A stretch of DNA of 64,000 bases from a virus. Lineage: Duplodnaviria > Caudoviricetes. The notes beneath the pieces are model-generated. The model had not been told where the DNA came from, did not search any database, and was given only the letters and a program-made list of their open reading frames with translations. A program made the translations under genes and the position numbers. The stretch lies in the IMG/VR virus record IMGVR_UViG_3300031784_000003; one strand, given 5' to 3'. Of the stretch, positions 1 through 8,700 are shown one piece after another. Numbering within the stretch: the first letter of the stretch is position 1; each line of letters starts with the position of its first letter.

Positions 1-1
1 T

Positions 2-1648
2 ACAAAAGAATTTAATAGGGCAACTGCTGAAGTTACTAAATTTGGTGGTTCAATGAACGATGTCGCGGGTATTATGGAAGAAATGAGTGATAAAAGTGGT
101 AGGGCTAGAATTATTTCATCTGAAGAAGTAGGGAATATTTTTAAAATTTCAAAATCATTAGCACTTGATAAAGATTCAGTAGCTCAAATGGCAGAACGTT
201 TCGATTTAATGGGTGTGAGTTCAGAAAAATTTTATGAACATATAAATCAAATGACTATAGATAGTCAAAAATTAGGATTAAATTCTAAAAAAGTTGGTGA
301 AGCTCTACAAAATAACTTTGAAACTATGTCTAATATGTCATTTAAAAATGGTGTCAAAGGTATGACCGAAATGGCAAAGTTAGCAGTCCAAATGAGAATG
401 GATGTTCAGGATATGTTAACAATGGCAGGAAAATTCTACAACCCTGAAGATGCAATAAATGCAGCTGCCGAATTACAACTTTTAGGTGGTGATATTGCAG
501 AGGCGTTTGGTGATCCTTTTGAGACTATGTATTTGGCTAGAAACAAACCAGAAGAATTAGCTAAAAAGGTTTCAAAAATGACTGAAAATATGATTCAGTT
601 TAATGAAGAAACAGGTGAGTATGAATTACCTGCAGAAGCAAGACAACAATTTGAAGCATTAGCAAAAACAATTGGTGGAACTGCAGATGACTTAATTGAT
701 ATGTCTAGACAGGCAGCTAAAATTAAAGACATCAAGATGAACGTTTCTGGAAATATCACCGATGAAGATATGAGGGAAGGTTTGGCTGGTATGGCTAAAA
801 TGAAAGATGGTAAATGGGTAGTAGATTTTAAAGGAGAACAATTAGATATTGGCGATATTGGTATGGATCAAGCTGCAGAAATTTTGGCAGCACCAAAAGA
901 TTCAGATGATGCTATAATGGATATTGCAATGAATTCAATGACTACCAATCAAATATTAACAAATATTTTAGCGGCAATGAAAACTGGTTATGTCGCAGAA
1001 AAAAATGTATATGAAATAAGTGAAGATATTCTTAGACCAAGTATGAGATCACTTACTGAGGGCGTTGAAGGTCAAGTTGAAAAAGTAATACAAAAACTTC
1101 AAGATACTCCTATTGGGGATATTAGAAAATTAATGTTAGAACAAGGAAGGGCATTAGGTTTAGAATCTGGAGAAAAAATAAAACAAGTATTCGAAATAGA
1201 TATGTCCGAAGAACTTATAGATTTAGTAGAAAAACTACCTAAACTTAAAATGGACCTTGATGAAATTTTAAATAAAGTTAGACTTGATGGTGAATCAGTT
1301 GAAAAAACTGGTGAAGAACATAATGATTTTATGTTAAGGTCTTCAGGTGAAATTACGAGTTTTACTAATGAAGATGATATTATTGGTGCAAAAAAAGGTG
1401 GACCATTAGATAAATTAATGGATAAAAGTTTATCATCAAATAATATTGGTGGTGTACCCTCAAAAATAGAGTTTGGTACATTGGATATATCAGGTAGAAT
1501 TGAACTTGTTTCTCCAAATGGTTCTATTAGTAATATTGATATGGAATCATTAAAACCTATGATACAAAAAACAGTTATATCTCACTTAAATGGTACATTT
1601 AGAAATGGTGGAGTACCTTCAAGTAAAGAGTCAACAGATGTAATGTAA
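2..1648 (+). CDS. Tail tape measure protein, C-terminal part (5'-truncated by window edge)
   Basis: Frame is open from base 2. Long helical Ala/Met/Glu/Lys-rich sequence, directly upstream of baseplate hub genes; C-terminal HNDF..DDIIGAKKGGPL segment typical of this gene in related phages (from recall). Confidence 0.7.
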   Translation, partial: TKEFNRATAEVTKFGGSMNDVAGIMEEMSDKSGRARIISSEEVGNIFKISKSLALDKDSVAQMAERFDLMGVSSEKFYEHINQMTIDSQKLGLNSKKVGEALQNNFETMSNMSFKNGVKGMTEMAKLAVQMRMDVQDMLTMAGKFYNPEDAINAAAELQLLGGDIAEAFGDPFETMYLARNKPEELAKKVSKMTENMIQFNEETGEYELPAEARQQFEALAKTIGGTADDLIDMSRQAAKIKDIKMNVSGNITDEDMREGLAGMAKMKDGKWVVDFKGEQLDIGDIGMDQAAEILAAPKDSDDAIMDIAMNSMTTNQILTNILAAMKTGYVAEKNVYEISEDILRPSMRSLTEGVEGQVEKVIQKLQDTPIGDIRKLMLEQGRALGLESGEKIKQVFEIDMSEELIDLVEKLPKLKMDLDEILNKVRLDGESVEKTGEEHNDFMLRSSGEITSFTNEDDIIGAKKGGPLDKLMDKSLSSNNIGGVPSKIEFGTLDISGRIELVSPNGSISNIDMESLKPMIQKTVISHLNGTFRNGGVPSSKESTDVM

Positions 1649-1800
1649 ATTTTTTTAAAATATTTTAAAATCACTATTGACTTTTTAAAATATAATTACT
1701 ATTATTACAAGGACCTGCAAATACTAGTAAAAATAATATTATATTAATAATAACAAATATAAATATTATTATTTAATTATCCAGAATTTTATTGATCTAA

Positions 1801-1808
1801 TATTTATA
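1801..1808 (+). promoter_or_regulatory. TATTTATA putative phage late-promoter motif
   Basis: Motif lies 19 nt before the ATG at 1828 and recurs before about 11 mainly structural genes. Confidence 0.6.
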
Positions 1809-1827
1809 TAATAAGAAAATATTATAT

Positions 1828-4800
1828 ATGGCAGGAATATTAGATTATAGTAAAGGTATATATTCTACACAAGGATTTAGAGATAGTCTATTGAATAGAA
1901 ATTTACCTCCACCAGTTAATGAAACTTTAACTCAGGCAGGATTAGTTTCTAAATTACAAGATATAGGTACAGTAATAAGTGTGCCTGTTAATGGTGAGGC
2001 AAATGAAAATATACCTGTCCATTACGATGTAAATAAAAGATTATTCCCGTTAGGTAATTTTTATAGAGTTACACAGAATGTTAATTTAAACAGATATATT
2101 CCACAAGATGAAATATATGAAGTTTATGAATTAACTTACCCTATTAATTTAGGTTATCCATTACCTGAAGGTTTTGGTGAAAAAGTAAGAGATGATTATC
2201 CAATATCATATAATCAAGAACAATTTTTTTTAGTTAATAAAGGTGATCAAAAAGGTGTTAAATTTCCATTTAATGTAATTGATACATATAAATCATTAAA
2301 TTTCCAAAAAGAAAGTTCATTAGGGTTAATAGGTGGTCAACAATTAGAAAAAACTATAATAGATAAAATCGCACAAGTTTCTGAAGAAGTTGGTAACTCT
2401 AATAAAAAAACAGGGTATATTACAGAACCAATTGATAATATTGTTGACAATTTCGTTAATAAATTAAGAGGTAATGATCAATTCTTCAATACTCTACCAA
2501 ATAATGCAGTTGGGTGGAATGAATATAATAGTAGTGCAAAATCAGGTTCAGAATTATTAAAATCAGATTTAGATATACAAGAAGGTGTTGAACCTACTAT
2601 GACCACTGAAGTAAGGATGAATACTTTATTAAGTAGGACTAGTACAACACAAGTATCATTTGCGTTTAACTTATTAAATAGAAATGACTACAGACCATTA
2701 TATGAAGATAGAAGATTAGAAGGTACATCAGACGCAGGTTTAAATGAGAGATACTATATAGGTAATGAGAAAAATACTAATAGAGGTAATAGAATAACTA
2801 AAAAATTTAATAGTGATGACTTTAATGGTGGGCCTGATACATCAGGAAACGCTAAAAGAACTACAATTGAGGGAGTAGGAGAACCTTTTGGTGAACCAAA
2901 TAAATTTTTCTGGGCAACAGGTGGTGAACAAAATTTTAATGAAAAAACTTTATTATATAAAACACAACAATTAGTTGATAATAATCAAAATGATGTGTTT
3001 ATTAATCAAACTAAAAAGTATTTTAAAGATAAAGAACAAGGTAGAATTATAAGTAGGGGTAATGCAATTAAAACTCTTGATTTAATAGATATAGATGGTA
3101 ATGGTAATTTTTGTAGAGTTTGGACTGTTAATGATAGATATAGTTATGCAAACGCTATAAGAAATACAGGTTTATTTTTCTCACCTGACAAAGACTTACA
3201 AGGTTTTTCAGTTACTAATGGTAAAGCGTCTCAAAGTGTATTGATGGATAATGGTATACCTAAGTACCATCCTGTATTATCAGATTCCTCAACTACTCGT
3301 AAAAAATTTATGTTATCCATAGAAAATTTGGCTTGGGCAGATAACTTAGCAGATTTACCATTGAGTGAAATTGGTCCTGGAGATATTTTAAATGGGAACA
3401 AAGGTAGAATAATGTGGTTTCCACCATATGAATTAACTTTTGATGAAAATACTAGTGCGAATTGGAATAAAAATGAATTTATAGGTAGAAGTGAACCTGT
3501 TTATACATATAATAATTCTAGTAGGTCAGGACAATTAGGTTTTAAAATAATTGTCGATCACCCTAGAGTTATAAATTGTTATAGAGGAAACTCTACAAAC
3601 CTTACTGAAAGATTCTTTGCGGGTTGTGCTACACCTGAAGAGTTTTTAAGGGCATTAGAATGTTCAGTAACCCAAAGTGACTTAGAAGAAATAAAGAAGA
3701 AAATTTATGAAAAAAAACCTCAAAAAACTGTAGATGTTGAAAGTAAAGATGATGATGGTACAGTATTACTTGATCAGATAAAAGATTGTGATTCTAAAAC
3801 TGAAAATTGTAAGGCAAAAAGAATACCAAATGAAGATAATTTAAATTCAATAGTATCAAAAATAAAAACATTTGTAGAAAAACAAAGTGGTAACACTAAC
3901 CCAAAAGTTAAAATTACATTAAACGGATGGGTAGGAAAGGGTGCTACTGTAGATAAAAGCGGAGAACCAACAAGTGATAATGGTACAAAATTAAGTAAAG
4001 AATTTGCGGATAAAGTTAAAACAGAAATTGAATCTAAATTAAATTCTTCGGGTATTGACACAAAATTATTATCTAATATAAGTCCTATTGTGACTAAAGG
4101 TAATATTGCGGCAAATACTGAAAATGAAAATGATTATAGGGTTCATGTAAAAATGGAAAATGATACCCAAAATTCTGATCAAACTAAACCAAAAGACGAA
4201 GATAAAGGAGATGGTGCAGGTAGTTTTGATCCTGAAGATATTAGATTAGTAGATAATTTAATTATCGATGAGGGGGCATATTTTGATTACATTGATGAAA
4301 ATTACCCTAATTATTTTAAATATATTTCTGCAAAAATAAAATATTTCCATCCTGGATTTCATAGTATTACACCAGAAGGTTTTAATAGTAGACTAACTTT
4401 TTTAAATCAGTGTATGAAACAAGGTCCGAGTATATATGATAGAAAAACTTTAAAAGATGGAACTGAGGTTGGGGTTCAACCACAAAACTTATCTTTTGGT
4501 AGACCACCAATTTGTATATTAAGAATAGGTGATTTTTTCCACACTAAAATTGTTATAAATAGTTTATCTATAACTTATGATGGACCTCAATGGGATCTTA
4601 ACCCTGAAGGTATAGGGGTACAACCTATGATTGCTACAGTATCTTTAAGTATTGATTATATTGGCGGACATTCTTTAGTTGGACCACTTAATAGATTACA
4701 AAACGCAGTTTCATTTAATTATTATGCGAATACAGAAATGTACGATGTTAGATCTGATAGTATCGATTCGTCTACAGGTAAAGTAGTAGATGGGGTAAAA

Positions 4801-5430
4801 TTAGGTGAACTTAAAAAAGGTTTAGTTGGTGAAAAGAATTTAGAAAAATATATCGAATCACTTAAAAAAGAAGGTATCGTTGATCAAACAAAAGAAAATG
4901 AGAATGCTAATGGTGCAAAAACTACTGAAAATACAGGAGTATTAGAAATTGCAATAAAAGATAAAAATAGTGTAGTTATAAAAACCAAAGACGGTAAGAA
5001 ACCAGGAGATATTGAAATTGATGGTAAAAAAGAAAGTAAGAATAGTATTGTTGGGGAAATATCTGTTGGTAACACTAAAGTAAATGAAAAACCTGATAGT
5101 GAAACATCTGAAGTAGTAATAAATGTTTTATCTGTGGATAAGTTTGAAGGTAAAATTATGTTACCTGAAACACTGAAAAATTTAGAGACTGCCGTTGCAG
5201 AAAAACAAAAGGAATTAGATGATTTAATTGCGCTTGCTAAAATTGATCCTACTGTAAAAAATTCTGAAATAAGGAAAGCAGAAAATGACTTAAAAGATCA
5301 ACAAAAAAATTTAGAAAAATATAAATCATCTGCTTCTGACAAAGTTACTGTAGTTGCTTATTTAGATAAAAATAAAAAAACAACTACTGTGAGTAAAACA
5401 TTTACAATCACTCAAAATGGGTTAAATTAA
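1828..5430 (+). CDS. Baseplate/tail-tube initiator-like protein with inserted degenerate OmpA-like domain
   Basis: WFPPYELTFDE..WNKNEFIGRSEPVYTY and FGRPPICILRIGDFFHTKIVINSLSITYD..WDLNPEGIGVQP segments are tube-initiator-like; lies between tape measure and a gp53-like gene. Confidence 0.6.
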   Translation: MAGILDYSKGIYSTQGFRDSLLNRNLPPPVNETLTQAGLVSKLQDIGTVISVPVNGEANENIPVHYDVNKRLFPLGNFYRVTQNVNLNRYIPQDEIYEVYELTYPINLGYPLPEGFGEKVRDDYPISYNQEQFFLVNKGDQKGVKFPFNVIDTYKSLNFQKESSLGLIGGQQLEKTIIDKIAQVSEEVGNSNKKTGYITEPIDNIVDNFVNKLRGNDQFFNTLPNNAVGWNEYNSSAKSGSELLKSDLDIQEGVEPTMTTEVRMNTLLSRTSTTQVSFAFNLLNRNDYRPLYEDRRLEGTSDAGLNERYYIGNEKNTNRGNRITKKFNSDDFNGGPDTSGNAKRTTIEGVGEPFGEPNKFFWATGGEQNFNEKTLLYKTQQLVDNNQNDVFINQTKKYFKDKEQGRIISRGNAIKTLDLIDIDGNGNFCRVWTVNDRYSYANAIRNTGLFFSPDKDLQGFSVTNGKASQSVLMDNGIPKYHPVLSDSSTTRKKFMLSIENLAWADNLADLPLSEIGPGDILNGNKGRIMWFPPYELTFDENTSANWNKNEFIGRSEPVYTYNNSSRSGQLGFKIIVDHPRVINCYRGNSTNLTERFFAGCATPEEFLRALECSVTQSDLEEIKKKIYEKKPQKTVDVESKDDDGTVLLDQIKDCDSKTENCKAKRIPNEDNLNSIVSKIKTFVEKQSGNTNPKVKITLNGWVGKGATVDKSGEPTSDNGTKLSKEFADKVKTEIESKLNSSGIDTKLLSNISPIVTKGNIAANTENENDYRVHVKMENDTQNSDQTKPKDEDKGDGAGSFDPEDIRLVDNLIIDEGAYFDYIDENYPNYFKYISAKIKYFHPGFHSITPEGFNSRLTFLNQCMKQGPSIYDRKTLKDGTEVGVQPQNLSFGRPPICILRIGDFFHTKIVINSLSITYDGPQWDLNPEGIGVQPMIATVSLSIDYIGGHSLVGPLNRLQNAVSFNYYANTEMYDVRSDSIDSSTGKVVDGVKLGELKKGLVGEKNLEKYIESLKKEGIVDQTKENENANGAKTTENTGVLEIAIKDKNSVVIKTKDGKKPGDIEIDGKKESKNSIVGEISVGNTKVNEKPDSETSEVVINVLSVDKFEGKIMLPETLKNLETAVAEKQKELDDLIALAKIDPTVKNSEIRKAENDLKDQQKNLEKYKSSASDKVTVVAYLDKNKKTTTVSKTFTITQNGLN

Positions 5431-5435
5431 TAAAT

Positions 5436-5762
5436 ATGGGAAAAGAATATTTTGATAGATATCAGAGTTTTAAATTTGATGGTAAGTATTTACCATTACC
5501 TTATATCGGTATACCACCTAAAGGTTCGGATAAAAGTGTTGTATATGAATCTCAAATTTCTAGGTTAGATAAGTTGAGTCAAAAATATTATAATAACCCT
5601 TATCATGGTTGGTTAATATTACTAGCAAACCCACAATACGGTGGTGTTGAAGAAAATATACCTAATGGTGAAATAATTAGAATACCATTTCCTTTTAGAG
5701 ATAGTGTGCAACAATATATTGATGAAACACAGAAATACATCAATTTATATATTAAAAAATAA
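5436..5762 (+). CDS. Baseplate wedge gp53-like / LysM-like tail protein X
   Basis: RLDKLSQKYYNNPYHGWLILLANP..IIRIP motif; 108 aa; canonical position. Confidence 0.7.
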   Translation: MGKEYFDRYQSFKFDGKYLPLPYIGIPPKGSDKSVVYESQISRLDKLSQKYYNNPYHGWLILLANPQYGGVEENIPNGEIIRIPFPFRDSVQQYIDETQKYINLYIKK

Positions 5763-5768
5763 AATTTT

Positions 5769-8700
5769 ATGGACCCTAAAGTAGATAAAATTGGTAAAGC
5801 ATTTATTGTTGATCCAAACCCGCCAGGTATGGAAATAGTTCCGCCAGAAGATTTATTCATTTATGTTAAATTTTCTGCTTACCCTAGAAGTAGGGTAACT
5901 TATGGTGGTGAGAATAAAACTTTTAATAGTGGTATAGAAGATGAAGTTCATTTCATATCAACTAATTTAAAATATAATAGTCAAACAGGTAAATTAGATC
6001 CTACATTACAAAAATCTTATGCGACTACTGATTGGACAAATATCGGTGGATTTTCTAAAGATGTGAAATCAAGAAGTGCTGGTGCTTTAGAGGGGTTTGG
6101 TATTAAATCTATTGATATAAAATATAATTCTAGTTTAGTACCTACAGTAGATATTACATTTACAGATGTTAGAGGTGGTGCATTGTTCGATGTTATTAAA
6201 GATGATGATAGATTATCACCTTATAGTATATTTTTTAAAATGCCTTATCCAGTTTTTAACCTATCAATTAAAGGATATTTTGGACAAAAAGTTGATTTTT
6301 GTTTACATATGGTTAATTGGACATCTAGTTTTGATGGTTCGACAGGTAATTTTGATATTAGTGCAAATTTTTTAGGATTCCAACAAGCATTTTTAAATGA
6401 TATGGTTTTAGGTAACATAATAGGTGTGATAAACACACCTGAAGGTTATAATAAATTAAATAAAATTTATGATGAAAGTAATTCACAAATTGGTTCTTCC
6501 GATTTAAATGGTAAAACTTTAGAAGAGATTAGAAAAAATGGTGATTTAAATATAAGAAAAATAGATGATTTTTTTACTCAAATAAGTAAATTACAAGTAC
6601 AATCTGAAATTATAAAAACAGATTTAGATAGTTTTAAGTTATTAAAAGATTTAAATGGAAAATTAAGTTTATTAAAAACAATTAGAACTTTTATCGGTTC
6701 TCCTATATTGAAAGAGGCGGAGAATAATAGTAATGGTAGTAGTCAAAAAAATCAACAAACTAAATCTTATTTAGAAACTGATAATAGAAAAGATCAAATA
6801 CAGACATCACCTATAAAAGATGATGAGTTGATTATTAATAATAATTATTTATCTATACGTGATTACATTATTTTTAATTCAGTTAATAGGTTAGCATTTA
6901 AATCTTATGTTAGCACATTAAATTCAATAATATTAAAATATCAAGAATATATTAATACTACAGAAAAAACTGTAAAAGATGAAGTAAAAGATAAAAATTT
7001 GATAGAATCTTTTAAATCTATAGGTGATGAGAATAATTGGGAAAATTTTATTGTATCACCGACATTAAATGCTAGTGGTAAACCTGATTTTAAAAAATTA
7101 CAAAACGTATTAGAAGATTTATATACTTCAGGGTCAACAATATATTTAATTAAACCTTATGTTGGTGGACCTGAAGTAAATACTGGTTTTGATGTGGGTT
7201 CTTTTATAAAAAGGGTAAATGAAAGAAATTTTTATGCACCTAAAACAAAATTATTAGAATCAACAAATGTATTGATTGCAGATTTTAGAAAACAAAGAAC
7301 TTTATTAGAAGATATTATAATAGATTTAGAATCTATTATAAAAGTACAAAAAGAAAAAGTACAAGAAGAATTAAATAAAAAATTATTAGAGAATTTTAGA
7401 TCAGAATTAAAAGTTAATTTTGACCCTACAATTGGTAAATGTTTTGAGATTATTGCAAATAATACACAAGCAATGGTTGAAACTGTTTATGATATTAGTC
7501 AGGCAGCGGAACAGAAATCTATTTCTAGTAATAGACAGAGTGTATTAAAAACTTATGAAACTGACGTTCCAACAGGAATAGATGGGGTTGCTTGGCCTTC
7601 AATATACCAAAAAAATGATAAGGGGGACATTCAAGAAATATATGTGGGTGAAATAACTGGTGTTAATACATCAGATTTCCCTGAATGGGATTTTGTTGAA
7701 AGGGTTTTTGAAAACTTAGTGGGTAAAACTAAACAATTAGAAGATGTTAGTAAATCTTCTATATTAAAAAATGGTTTAGATACTGACAATTGGTTTCCTA
7801 TTAACCCTATTGATTATAGTATAAATCCTTGGATAAAATTAAATTCTTTAAATGACGTTAAAAAAATAGGTAATGAATTAGTTGAAAAATTTTTTACTAG
7901 AATTGCGTTATTAGATAACTATACAAGATATTCCCCTAATACTGGATTAAAAGACATTGATAGTTACGCTAGATTAGAATCTATTGCGGCAAATAAAACA
8001 ATTTTTTCAGAAAAGGCTAGACAAATAATATCTAATATATTGATAGATATAGACACTCAAATTAATGCAACTGGTTCTATTTTTGTTCCTGATGATAAAT
8101 TTGATTTAAAAAAATGTAAGTTCTATACCGATTTTATTTTAGAAGAACCTAATAACTATATTATTAGTGAAGAGAATAGTTTTCAAAAAATAGGGAATTT
8201 TAAAATAAGTGGTACGTTTTCTGATAAAGTAGATTATATTTTATTTGATGATCCGTCTATCATTAATAATAGTAAAAAATTATTTCAAGAAATAAAAGAC
8301 GATGAAACATATAGAAAATTTGCAGATAAAAAATCTAGTCCACCAAGTAAAGAATTTAAAACCAATCTATTCTTTAAAAATTTTATTTCTAGTGCAAATA
8401 ATCTAACAACATATAATTCTTTTAATGTTTGGTTTGATGATGTTTGTAATAACATTCTTAAATCTAGTGATAATGAAATATTAGGTAATTTAAATAAATG
8501 TAAAATAATTGATTTTAATCCAGGTCTTTCTACATTAAATAATTCGAGTGGTTCTACATATAATAGTAAATATATTAATATGACATATTTTAGACAGAAT
8601 ACTAATACTTCTGTTGATTATGAAGATATTATGACATATTCAGAACTATACGATAAACAAAGTTCTAATTACGCTAGGGCATTATTATTGTTATCTACAT

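Noticed and set aside
1649-1827. Intergenic A-rich stretch as DGR template for the variable-looking patches
   Set aside because: Attempted alignment with the 37379 patch fails at non-A positions; the other intergenic gaps are too short or dissimilar.
2820-2920. GC-elevated stretch in the 1200-aa gene as another variable patch
   Set aside because: GC is explained by Gly/Pro content, and third positions remain mostly A/T.
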